This document shows, in pieces, positions 9,479 through 18,914 of a DNA stretch of 26,343 nt (positions within the stretch are counted from its first letter, which is position 1; each line of letters begins with the position of its first letter). The translations under genes and the position numbers were made by a program. Below the pieces are notes generated by a model. The model was not told the origin of the DNA. It saw only the letters and a list, made by a program, of their open reading frames with translations, and did no database searches. The stretch is from Perkinsela sp. CCAP 1560/9. Lineage: Eukaryota > Protista > Euglenozoa: Kinetoplastea. Location of the stretch: the NCBI GenBank assembly GCA_965644495.1, contig CBFFSA010000074.1:1-26343 (forward strand), in the 5' to 3' direction.

Positions 9479-12004
9479 CTACGGGCGCCGTAGGCTCTCA
9501 ATATAAGTACCGATGGAGGGCAGTGGTGTCAATTCTTCAGCGCTGGATTTTCTCGTGAAGGGATCTGATATTTGGGCGTTGGTAGGTACCCACTTTACTT
9601 CCAGGTTAGTGTTTGATGGGATGTACTGCATCCACCTATTGGCAGTGAAGTTAGTGCTTGCCCGCCTCTGGAGGGCCATGGCCACAGGCGCGTTGTCGAC
9701 GTTCAATAGAATGTCCCGATGTCCTTTTCTGACTGCTGCCATAATTCCACCAAGAGCCGCACTCAGCTCTGAGTAGAATATATGGGCTCCGGGCTTTGTC
9801 ATGCCCTGTTTTGCAGTTTCGAGAATGCCTTGATTGAACAACAGAATAGCCCATGCGATTGAACTGGCATCAGTCCAAACTTCCACCTTTTCTTCTTTGG
9901 GTATATGACCTATCTTTTTTAACCAAACATTTCGCTTGAGTGCGGAAAATGCATCAGTCAGTTCGCCTAACAGGTGGTCGGTCGGAGAGAAGGAGATCTC
10001 CCAAGACTTTTCGTCGTGCACTTTTCTGGCAACTTTTCCTAGTGTTTGAAGAAGGTGTGCAAAAGTGCATAGTGGGATTTTCATAACCGTGGCCCTCCAC
10101 ATTAGTAAACCAGAAAGCGTATACAGTTCCACAGCTGTCCACGTCCCATTCCCGATTATGTCATTGTATCTTGAATACGCCTTTTCAGTCCACTTTTCTG
10201 ACATGCGGTACTTCTTATTTTTTAGATCAAATTCAATACCAAGTACGCACGCTTCCTGTAGTGGCTTCATGGTGAGATCATCTACTTCTAGTTGAACTGC
10301 GTGGACTCGGGCGCGAAATTCTTTTGCATGGTTTTCTACTTCTGACTTGGATTTTCCGAACAAAAGAAAATTGTCTACCCAGGCCAATCCAATGTCCCGG
10401 ACAATGCGATTTGAAACTCGCTGTGCAATAGCCGGGGCCCATGACCATCCCATGGGCATGGAAGAAAATTGAATACTGCATGTTTCTCCTCTAGCGTGAC
10501 CTAAAACCGCTCCAAAGTAGGATCGGATCTCGGGAGCGAGGGAAAATTGGTAAAAGTAACTCCGTGCGTCCGCGTGAGCCATCCATTCCGAATCTAGCAG
10601 ATTTTCAATCACGTTATGTATGGATGGTAGGTGCATTGCGGGGGGGCATTCGAAAACTCGGTTGAGTTTCCTACAATCGCAGATTAGACGAAGTGTGGAG
10701 TCTTTCTTCGGAACTGTAAAGGTACGATGTACTACTATCGGTCCTTCGGTCTTCTCTACAACCCCCATGCGTAATAAGTCTGGTAAATGATGTCTCATAA
10801 ATCGAGACACTGGTCGATTGCCTTTAGGTGCACGCAGCATGTGCGCGTGAAAGGCGTTGACGTTCTGTAGTAGATGTAAAAAGTCTAGGCTGCCATCGTC
10901 ATTCATATTGTTCAGTATAGAATATGACAGTCTTGTGGTTGTGATAGGAGCAATTATTCCCTGATTTTTGTACGCTCGCACGCTCGGTGGTCGGGTGAGC
11001 TGCCCGCGAGACATAGACTGATTGTTTGTGTCTTCAATTTTCTTCGTTGCAATGTTAGCAATGTCCGTTGAATTATGCACGTAGATAGGTTCGGGATTCG
11101 GTTCGCCTATAATGTTATCGCTGTCTAGCGTGATCTTACCGATGTGCAAGGGGAACCTACCTTGTAATTGACGTTTTAGTATGTAAACAGCTGATTTAGT
11201 TTTCTTGTCATGTCCTTTGGTGTTTTCTGGGTTCACAGTAATTTTGTCGCGTCCTGTAGCCCTAGGGACAAGGCCACTTCCAGTCGAGGGAGATATATCC
11301 ACAATGTCTCCAGATCTTTGTGCTTGGCCAACAGCTGTATTACCGACAGTGGAACTCCCTTTCTGAGGAGTGATACTAGAGCCCCTCTTTTTACAGAATG
11401 TGCCGACAACTCTGCTTTCACCCGCTTCAGCACGGCATTGGCTCTCAGCGTCGTTAAAGTCGTGAACTTGTCTTCTGGCTTCAGCTTGTCCAATTGGTCC
11501 ATGAAGATTTTCCACTCCGTCAAGTTGCAAGTCATTGGAATAGCAGTCCCTACTCTGAAGGGATCCCCTTTGTGAGTCGGAAACGTTACTCCCAGTATTC
11601 TCCGCTCGAGATCTACCACTTGTAAATCTAATTTCCTCAGATGTTTGACATCGTCTATTCTGCTGCATGTCTTCCACGCCAAGGTCAGGCCCGCGGCTTC
11701 GTCCGGAAGCAGCCATTCGCACGCCTCCAATACTTGTTCGCGTGTAGCCGGGGGCGCCTGATGCTCCGGTATTTGAGCCCCTTGACGCTGAAGGGATCGC
11801 ATGTAGGCTGTTACTGTCGACTTTTGCAATTGACCCCCAGATCGGAATATGATTTGTATCAGACTCTTTGCATACGTATGTGCGGTTTGGATGCTGATGG
11901 TACCCCGTTGAGTTTGCGGATTGATTAGTCTCATTTTCGACTCCAAGAAGCATATTATGCACCAATCTTCGCTTGGAACGTCGTTTCCGAGATTTTCCTT
12001 CCAA
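9479..12004 (-). CDS. Reverse transcriptase / RNase H of YR-1 (frame stays open upstream to 12607)
   Basis: RT motifs FTVPKKDSTLRLICDCRKLN, DARSYFYQF, MPMGWSWAP, WVDN, LGIEFD. RNase H motifs VWTDAS, ELSA, VDN, SDPFTR. Confidence 0.9.
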   Translation of the reverse strand: MEGKSRKRRSKRRLVHNMLLGVENETNQSANSTGYHQHPNRTYVCKESDTNHIPIWGSIAKVDSNSLHAIPSASRGSNTGASGAPGYTRTSIGGVRMAASGRSRGPDLGVEDMQQNRRCQTSEEIRFTSGRSRAENTGSNVSDSQRGSLQSRDCYSNDLQLDGVENLHGPIGQAEARRQVHDFNDAESQCRAEAGESRVVGTFCKKRGSSITPQKGSSTVGNTAVGQAQRSGDIVDISPSTGSGLVPRATGRDKITVNPENTKGHDKKTKSAVYILKRQLQGRFPLHIGKITLDSDNIIGEPNPEPIYVHNSTDIANIATKKIEDTNNQSMSRGQLTRPPSVRAYKNQGIIAPITTTRLSYSILNNMNDDGSLDFLHLLQNVNAFHAHMLRAPKGNRPVSRFMRHHLPDLLRMGVVEKTEGPIVVHRTFTVPKKDSTLRLICDCRKLNRVFECPPAMHLPSIHNVIENLLDSEWMAHADARSYFYQFSLAPEIRSYFGAVLGHARGETCSIQFSSMPMGWSWAPAIAQRVSNRIVRDIGLAWVDNFLLFGKSKSEVENHAKEFRARVHAVQLEVDDLTMKPLQEACVLGIEFDLKNKKYRMSEKWTEKAYSRYNDIIGNGTWTAVELYTLSGLLMWRATVMKIPLCTFAHLLQTLGKVARKVHDEKSWEISFSPTDHLLGELTDAFSALKRNVWLKKIGHIPKEEKVEVWTDASSIAWAILLFNQGILETAKQGMTKPGAHIFYSELSAALGGIMAAVRKGHRDILLNVDNAPVAMALQRRASTNFTANRWMQYIPSNTNLEVKWVPTNAQISDPFTRKSSAEELTPLPSIGTYIESLRRP

Positions 12005-12381
12005 ACTGTATACTGTTTGTACACGCTGGAAAGGTGATTCCAGCGCGAGTTGGATTTCTCTTCTAATAGACGATCCTGGCCTAGAACGATCATTTGTTGA
12101 ACGTCGACTGTAGGAATCGCGGCTCTTGTTTCTCTGTTGCCTTCCACGCGGTCGAGGAAGAGGTCTTCGATCTCCAGTAAGTTCTTTGCTCTTGATCTTG
12201 TTACTATCCCTGTAACAGCCCTGTTGCTCGTGGAAGGTTGCTTGTACTGAGTACTTCGGACATGACTGGTAGTGCCGGCGCCGGTTGTGGTTTCCGTTTG
12301 ATTTCCGTATGTTTCGTTTCCCTCTTCTTGATATTGATTTTTTATGCCCCTTAATAAATATATTTCCAGAATATTCTTCAC
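11233..12381 (-). CDS. Tyrosine recombinase of YR-1 (frame open up to the gag stop at 12478)
   Basis: Catalytic residues R (WKTCSRIDD), K (THKGD), H..R (AHSVKRGA), H (LAKHKD), Y (LWIYL). Confidence 0.88.
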   Translation of the reverse strand: MKNILEIYLLRGIKNQYQEEGNETYGNQTETTTGAGTTSHVRSTQYKQPSTSNRAVTGIVTRSRAKNLLEIEDLFLDRVEGNRETRAAIPTVDVQQMIVLGQDRLLEEKSNSRWNHLSSVYKQYTVWKENLGNDVPSEDWCIICFLESKMRLINPQTQRGTISIQTAHTYAKSLIQIIFRSGGQLQKSTVTAYMRSLQRQGAQIPEHQAPPATREQVLEACEWLLPDEAAGLTLAWKTCSRIDDVKHLRKLDLQVVDLERRILGVTFPTHKGDPFRVGTAIPMTCNLTEWKIFMDQLDKLKPEDKFTTLTTLRANAVLKRVKAELSAHSVKRGALVSLLRKGVPLSVIQLLAKHKDLETLWIYLPRLEVALSLGLQDATKLL

Positions 12382-12477
12382 TGTAAAGATTATTGCCCCT
12401 AATGTCGATAGTTCTATTATATTGCCCCTTATATAATCTATTGTTTCTTGGACTAAATTTCTGTTGAATTCTTCGAG

Positions 12478-13233
12478 TCAGAATTTTTTCCCTTGCGGTT
12501 TTGTCATCGGGCCCGCGTTTCGCCCTGTTCGGTCGTTTTTTGTATCCATGGCTTTGATCATTGCAGGTAGAATTTTTCCCCGCAGTCCCCCGGTCGTTTT
12601 TGCTTCTTCAAGAGCCTGTGCGAAGACGCGGCAGTCCCCATGCTGAACGCGAACTTTGTAAGCAACCAACGCCGCCAATATGTTGTCCCCGACCGCCATG
12701 TTCCCGTCTGATTTCCATACAAGTCCCATTTTCATTGAGTTTCGCACCCAAGCCAAAAATGCTAGCAACAAATCGTTCTTCCGATGCTCGTCTTGGTGAT
12801 AGCGTGGGGCATTGCGTTCGGCAGCTCCAATACCAAAGTAGCGACGCAAATGAGCGTCCAATTCCACAAAACTACGATCTCGCGTCTCCGAGGGTGCCTC
12901 GATGAACATCGCGTACGTAGATAATTCAAGCGGTTCGAACGTTCCAGTCTCTCGGCCTTCAACACGCTCCATCGCAGCGGAGTAAGGGTCAGTGGCGAGT
13001 TTCTCCACCCCATGTAATCGAGCATTCGTCGGAGGAAACGTAAGCTCGCCAAATTTCGCATAGTCCACCAACATAGTTGTTTTCTCTTCGCCAATCTTCT
13101 TCACCACTCCCTTCCACATTTCTCCACGTGGCACTTTGTCTGAGGACCATAAAACCGCGATAGTGACGCCAACCTGACTCTCGGCCACAAACCGTCCAAT
13201 GCGAGAGTCAGATAGTGGGGGGAGGTCATTCAT
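12478..13233 (-). CDS. Gag-like protein of YR-1
   Basis: First ORF of the element, ATG start, weak similarity to the YR-2 Gag (FEPLELSTYAMFI vs FSVIFPLTWKSYI). No CCHC knuckle. Confidence 0.72.
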   Translation of the reverse strand: MNDLPPLSDSRIGRFVAESQVGVTIAVLWSSDKVPRGEMWKGVVKKIGEEKTTMLVDYAKFGELTFPPTNARLHGVEKLATDPYSAAMERVEGRETGTFEPLELSTYAMFIEAPSETRDRSFVELDAHLRRYFGIGAAERNAPRYHQDEHRKNDLLLAFLAWVRNSMKMGLVWKSDGNMAVGDNILAALVAYKVRVQHGDCRVFAQALEEAKTTGGLRGKILPAMIKAMDTKNDRTGRNAGPMTKPQGKKF

Positions 13234-13473
13234 TGTGCGTTTTTTTTGCTTTGAAAATACGGCTAGGATTACAATGAGCTACACATAATTATCCATCGTT
13301 TACTTCCATACATGTATGAATACGGTGCATTAAAACGATTTCACATTTTTACATGTATTACTCAAAGAGTTCCTGCAATACTAAATATTATAAATAAATG
13401 TTATAAATAAAATAATACGGGCATTTTCTAAAATTTTCATCATGGGCTGAAAAAGGACTACATGTTTTCGTAC

Positions 13474-15350
13474 GTCCCACTTGGGGATTAGCATCCCACA
13501 CGGCGAACATTACCGAGGAAGAACGACTTGTACAAGAAGTAGACAAACGATCAATTCGAAATGCATTGCAAGCAGCAAAGGCAGGAAATCTTGGAAAAGC
13601 TACCCGCATACTCGACAATGTTTACAAGGACTCTGCTCTTCCACTCTGGGAAAAGGTTGACAAACTTCGAGATCTACACCCCAAAGGCCCTACACCTCAA
13701 ACTTCTGATCGAGACTTCCCGCGAATTGCGATATTGGAACCTTCTGAACTTCGTCTAGCGACTGAAAAATTGTCAAAAGGTGCAGCTCCTGGCCCGACAG
13801 GTCTGAGTGAAAGCATGATGCGAATTTTAGTGGAGGACGAAGAATCCTGCCTTTCACTCTGCCACATGCTGAGAGACGTCATAAATGGGGAAGTTGCGAA
13901 AAGTGTCCGAGTAAGATTAACACGATGCAGAATGATAGCCCTTGCAAAACCGAACAATGGAATACGACCGGTTGCAATGGGGGAAACGCTGCTAAAAATT
14001 TGCGGTTGTATCCTCCTTGAGCGCCATGCGAACTCCTTGTCAGACATATTCCAACCGATCCAAAGAGGCATATTACAAAAGAATGCATGTGAGTCCATTG
14101 TACATGAACTTTTGGAAGAGCATGAAGCTGGAGCCACAATTTTGACGATTGATTTCAAGAATGCATACAATACGCCACAACGTACGGCAATAGAAGAAGC
14201 GCTCCTTCAATACCCGGTATTCAAACACTTTATGCGAATGTTCTATTTTGAATATGGTCAACCATCGGAACTTTTATTTTTCGCCAACGACTCATTACAT
14301 TCCGTGATCGAAAGCTCGTCTGGGGTCCGTCAAGGATCAGCACTCTCTTCGGTTTATTTTTGCGCACTGCTACAAGGTCCTTTGAAAGAAATTGCGAAGC
14401 TCTATCCAGAGGTTACTATCAGAGCCTACCAGGACGATGTGACGATGAGCTCCAAAAATGAGTCGTCTTTGGAAGTTGCGTTCCTTCACCTCAAAGAACT
14501 AGCAAGTGGTCTGAATCTTGAAATTAATTCCCGTAAATGCGAAGTATTCCAAGGCAACAGTTCAACGAATAATCGAGGGATGGATCTCAAGGAACTTGGG
14601 GTGGAAGACTGTGTGGATTCCATCAAGGTCCTAGGAGCATACATCGGGCATAATAAAGCCGTTGAACGAAAGCTCTTGGAGAAGTTAGGGAAACATAAAT
14701 GTTTATTTCGAAGACTTCGCGCTATGGGTCCCAGCAACTTGTCACTAGCGATTCTCAAGCGATGTACCATACCCCGTCATGATTACCACCTTCGAGTCCA
14801 CAAACCTGGAGCTTCGTTTCTTCTTGCCCAGGTGTTCGACGAGGAAATCCATGAAATCTTAAAGAAATGGTGTGGTGCAGATAGTGAAGCACTTAAACTC
14901 TCTGCCCTCCCATGTAAAATGGGAGGTCTAGGAATCACCTCAACCGTTCTAAAGCAACGCTACTTTTTCGAAGCGTCCCTAAAATCTATTGATGAGCGAT
15001 CGAAACCCATTAATGCTCCGGTAGATAAGGGAGGCAAGAAACAAGCCGACAGGACACGAACGAATTCACAAGCTGCACGCACCCAGCTAAGAAAGAGCAT
15101 GAAGAATGAACACGAGAAGACAGCAGCAGAATTGAATGCAATACCGAGATTCCAAAATATCATAAAGCGAACGAAGGAGGCGAACAATCACTTAGATTCA
15201 ACGTGCAACTACGTAAATCCATATCTTTTTCGTTACACTCTAATGATGCGCCTAGGAATTGCTCTAAGTAATGTGTCAGGCGAGATTACATGCCCTGGAT
15301 GTGGAACAATCGAAACATCAAGCAAAATCATTCACGATGTGCTGGCATGA
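13474..15350 (+). CDS. CRE-4 reverse transcriptase (separated from its N-terminus; frameshifted in the zinc knuckle)
   Basis: Motifs KLRDLHP, KGAAPGPTG, GIRPVAMGE, DFKNAYN, GVRQGSALS, YQDD, LPCKMGGLG, CPGC. Confidence 0.9.
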
Positions 15351-15910
15351 ATTGCACGAGAAAACATTCTCATTTGGTACGCTATATTGCCGAAATGTGC
15401 TCCAAAGCTGGTCTTCCATGTGCGATCGAACCTCGTATTCATGCGTCCTTTTTTTGCACCAAATGCAAGTGCTCAATTTCCCCAGAAGCGGCGGAATACC
15501 ATCCTTGCCGAGCGCGTCGAATTAGATCTGGCCCAGACCTAGCGATTATGTGGCCAGATGTTGGAGAAATTTTATACGACGTTACCGTGGTACATACGTG
15601 CTGCAGCAGCTATGCAAAGCAGAGCAGCAATGCCCTGCTGCAGAGTGCGGAAGAGCGGAAGATAGCAAAATATGTCAAAGAAAAAGGTCTTGATCCAGAA
15701 TGCTTTCGCTGCATAGCTGTGACAGATTGTGGAGTACTACATGAAGAGACAAAGGTTTTGCTGAAAACATTGGCGAAAAGAAATGATGTTGATTACAAGA
15801 TTGTACGAGAAGCTTTTCAACTTGAACTGGAAAAATATTCAGCCTATGCAGTCGCTCAATTGCGCCAATATATAGAAACCGAGAAATGGGTAGGAGGACT
15901 CCGTCTTTAA
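15332..15910 (+). pseudogene. CRE-4 restriction-like endonuclease domain (after the frameshift)
   Basis: SRCAGMNCTRKHSHLV...CTKCKC...HPC...RSGPDLAIMW...YDVTV...KIAKY...KWVGGLRL is collinear with the CRE-3 C-terminus. A short deletion removed the equivalent of PHVAGC. Confidence 0.88.
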
Positions 15911-15929
15911 ACACTCCTCTGAATATTAC

Positions 15930-16210
15930 ATTTTCGCTGCTTTTAACATTTCGTTAATAATGTTTCGTTGCTTTCAGCCTTTGGTGATTAATAATGTTTC
16001 GTTACTTTCAGCCTTTGGTGATTACTGTTTCGCTGCTTGGTTAGGTTTCAGCCTTTGGTTATTTTTGTTTTGCTGCTTGGTGATTATTGTTCCGCAGCTT
16101 TCAGCTCTTGGTTGTTACTGTTTCGCTGCTTTGGGTTATCACCGTTTCGCTGCTTTGAGTCGTCACTTTTTCGCTGCTTTCAGCATTCGGCTATTACTGT
16201 TTTGCTTTTT
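15930..16210 (+). repeat. Degenerate ~20-bp tandem repeats in the CRE-4 3'UTR
   Basis: Recurrent (CTG)TTTCGCTGCTT and TTTCAGCCTTTGGTGATTA units. Confidence 0.75.
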
Positions 16211-16368
16211 TGAGTAACATGTGAATAAATAAAGGAACGGAAAACACGTGAAACTATTATTTTTTAGTATACAGCAGCATTGTATACTGCCATTGTATAC
16301 TACAACAAGACGTTAAAGTCGTGAAAGAAGCCTTCCAACGCGTCCGTATTACGGACCCGAAAGGCTTC

Positions 16369-16458
16369 TTTATTACCCCCTTTTTGTTTATTACCCCCTT
16401 TTTGTTTATTACCCCCTTTTTGTTTATTACCCCCTTTTTGTTTATTACCCCCTTGTTG
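16369..16458. repeat. 18-bp minisatellite TTTATTACCCCCTTTTTG x5
   Basis: Four perfect units plus one variant; overlaps the stop codon of the 16445-17425 ORF. Confidence 0.95.
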
Positions 16459-17425
16459 TTTGCGCATCCGGCGCAGGGTCCGCCAATTGGGCTAAAGAAG
16501 GCAGTGTATTTGATATCAAGGTTGCAATTGGTTTCATGGTCTGAATCACGGTGCTAGCTGTAGGAAACGTGAATCGAGAGCCGGTCGGTCGACGAATGCG
16601 AATGTGTGAATTGGTTTGTTTCGATGCTTCAATGGCTTTTTTATCTTTCGCTTCTTTCCGTTCCTCAGCTCGTCCTTCGTTCCGTTCGTTCATAGGATGC
16701 GACGGAGATTGCGATCCAGGTGAAATGCAAGATTCTGATGAGGGTGGCGGCGTCGATGAAGATGTCGGGGATTTCGAAGATGGGGAATTCCGTGGTGGCG
16801 GCAAAGGAGTCTTTTGTGGAGGGAAAACGAAAGCCCTCTTTTTCTGCAGGGTCGCTCGCAACCGCTCGGAGTGCTGTGTGTTTGTCGGTTGCGGTAGCGG
16901 TAACGGGACCGGTAGCTCTTGCGACGAAGATGCTTGGGGCGGAAACGGTCGCGGTTGCGGCGGAGATGGTTGCGGCGTAGACGGGGACGGTTGTGGCGTA
17001 GACGGTCGCGGCGGGGACGGTTGAGGTTGCCGCTGCGGAGGCGGTTGCGATCGCTTCGCAGAACTTTGCGACGGGGGCGATCGCGGCGGTGCTGGCGATT
17101 CCGACGTTTGCGCTTGCGGTGCTGTCGGAGACGATCGCGGTTGCGACGGAGACTTTTGCGACGGAGGCAATAGTTGTGATCGCGGCAATGTTGTCGCAGA
17201 CGGGCCCTCAGGAGATTTCTTGTGCCGATCGCTCGGCAGCGACTGCGGTGACGGCGGCGGCGGCGCCGAAAGTTCAAGCGGCGGCGGTCCAGTTGCTCGC
17301 GATTCAGACGGTGCCGGCCGAGGCCGTTCCTCCGTAGGTTTCTTCCTGCGGCGGGTCGTTGGCAGAGGCTGGACAACTGGAGCTACTCCAGTATCTTTCG
17401 CTCGGCTCCGAGTGAACATGCCCAT
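16445..17425 (-). CDS. Pro/Ser/Gln-rich low-complexity protein, possibly the N-terminus of another retroelement ORF
   Basis: ATGs at 17425 and 17419 (MGMFTRSRAK...RRRKK) lie ~40 nt downstream of an SL-like sequence and a U-rich 5'UTR. No catalytic motif recognised. Confidence 0.5.
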   Translation of the reverse strand: MGMFTRSRAKDTGVAPVVQPLPTTRRRKKPTEERPRPAPSESRATGPPPLELSAPPPPSPQSLPSDRHKKSPEGPSATTLPRSQLLPPSQKSPSQPRSSPTAPQAQTSESPAPPRSPPSQSSAKRSQPPPQRQPQPSPPRPSTPQPSPSTPQPSPPQPRPFPPQASSSQELPVPLPLPQPTNTQHSERLRATLQKKRAFVFPPQKTPLPPPRNSPSSKSPTSSSTPPPSSESCISPGSQSPSHPMNERNEGRAEERKEAKDKKAIEASKQTNSHIRIRRPTGSRFTFPTASTVIQTMKPIATLISNTLPSLAQLADPAPDAQTTRG

Positions 17426-17465
17426 CACAAAAAGAGTAAGAGTACAAAAAATAAAAAACAAAAAG

Positions 17466-17490
17466 CAACAAGGTACAGAAACTGTATCAC
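17466..17490 (-). other. Spliced-leader (mini-exon)-like 3' remnant
   Basis: Minus strand reads GTGATACAGTTTCTGTACCTTGTTG, matching the conserved euglenozoan SL 3' half (...ACAGTTTCTGTACTwTATTG). Not followed by a GT donor. Confidence 0.7.
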
Positions 17491-17896
17491 TGTAAGATCA
17501 CTATCGCATGCTAACATATATAACATGCCTATAGTTCGGCATATGATATTACATTCGCCCTTGTCAGGGCCTTCCGCTTACACTGGCACTGCATGCAGCT
17601 TGACATGACGCATTCGCACAATGGCTGACACCAATTTTCGGAGGAGAACCAAGAACGGTACCCATGCGAAATCGTACGAGTGCTGGAAAAAAAGGCACAG
17701 AGCAGAAAAGGGATTTAGATGCTCAATGGGCCATAATTTTGTTGCGCTCAAAGTGATTTCTGACGGATTCCTCGGCTCCACGTAAATCTTGGACAGCAGT
17801 TTTGAAGATTGGAACAGAGCAGAAAAGGGATTTCGGCGCTCAATGAACCAATCTTCTGATCTACCGACCTTGATTTCCGTTGCCAAAATCAGCGTC

Positions 17897-18848
17897 GAAA
17901 TCAACGACGAGAGTCTTCCACATACATTAAAAACAACTTGTAAGAAAACATTGTTGTAAGAGCTAAAGAAATATATCGCTGATATCCTGAATCTCATCCA
18001 CTGCCTATATTTACTAGCTAAAGAATATTCGTATTATTGATGCAACTATCCGGATGTATATAGCGCGCAAACTATTTCAAAAGCATAATATAAAAATATA
18101 ATACGTAGTGAAGGGGCTTTGCCCCCTGGCACGCAGCCACTGGTTGGGGGCTGGTGGGAGGGCATCGCACACTAATAAAAATAACTTGTAAGAGAATGTA
18201 AGCTATAAAACTATACACAATCTACATAAAGTTATAATTTAAATCATATTAAAAGATATAATAGAATTCATAATCAGAGATTATGTGCCTCGTAGGGCCA
18301 TTCGAGAAAAAGGAGTCTTTTCAAATTCGTATTTGTTCTCGTCTAAATTTCCTCTCGTAAACTATCATAAGCTTTTTTTTTTTTTTTATGAGTCGCGGCA
18401 TTGCCTCTATACTTTAACCCAGTAGACGAACCGAGTAGGTCCATTGGGGGATATACGAGTTGAAAACAAGCAATCAAATTAGCAATTTTATATTGTTTTT
18501 ATGCAAATAAAGAAAATTTTTCTCTCTCTTTCTCCTCTTTCTCACCTCTTGACATACTTTTCCCACCTTTCTCCCTACTTTCCTGCTTTCCCCTACCCAA
18601 CTTTTCAACTTTTCAGGGGGGGTAAGGTCTCCCTCAGCTTCGCCTCACCCGGCCTGCAGGCGGCTCCTCAACCATTCGCGCGTTCCGGACCGGGTCTTTC
18701 GACCTCTCCACGGCCTGACTTGTGGACCCTTCCCTTGTTATACGGGAGGGCGCAGGCGCGGGCCTGTGTCGACAGCGACACGGTCGCGAAACAGGATGCT
18801 GGCCGACGGGGAGGAGATTCACTACCCGTGTACTACCTCACTTGGGGT
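17897..18848. repeat. 952-bp direct repeat, copy 2 (contains leader A at 18163-18367 and a truncated family-S copy at 18373-18848)
   Basis: Near-identical to 1350-2301. Confidence 0.95.
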
Positions 18849-18907
18849 GTGTACCTCACTGTGTACCTGTGTACCTCACTGTGTACCTCACTTGTGTGTG
18901 TGTGTGT
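18849..18907. repeat. Junction filler: iterated GTGTACCTCACT units then (TG)n
   Basis: Units are copies of the adjacent GTGTACTACCTCACT sequence. Confidence 0.8.
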
Positions 18908-18914
18908 TTAATCT

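Larger units (their letters stand above)
9262..13468 (-). mobile_element. VIPER/TATE-like tyrosine-recombinase retrotransposon YR-1 (DIRS order)
   Basis: gag-YR-RT/RNase H order. An 18-bp direct repeat TTTGCTTTGAAAATACGG occurs at 9455-9472 and 13245-13262. CGTAC at 9257-9261 and 13469-13473 marks the likely junctions. Confidence 0.85.
8367..15910 (+). mobile_element. CRE-like non-LTR retrotransposon CRE-4, near full-length, interrupted by YR-1
   Basis: N-terminal part 8367-~9261 and RT/RLE part ~13474-15910 rejoin in frame when the insert is removed; one further frameshift near 15335. Confidence 0.82.

Noticed and set aside
16369-16458. CRISPR-like array
   Set aside because: Contiguous 18-bp units with no spacers and no cas genes; it is a minisatellite.
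16551-17495. Overlapping Gly-rich and Arg-rich ORFs
   Set aside because: Shadow frames of the GC-rich low-complexity Pro/Ser ORF.
17578-17997. 139-aa ORF with a 39-aa internal repeat (W.IE..NPFSAL twice)
   Set aside because: The 117-nt repeat is real, but the ORF starts in non-coding repeat sequence and no family is recognisable.
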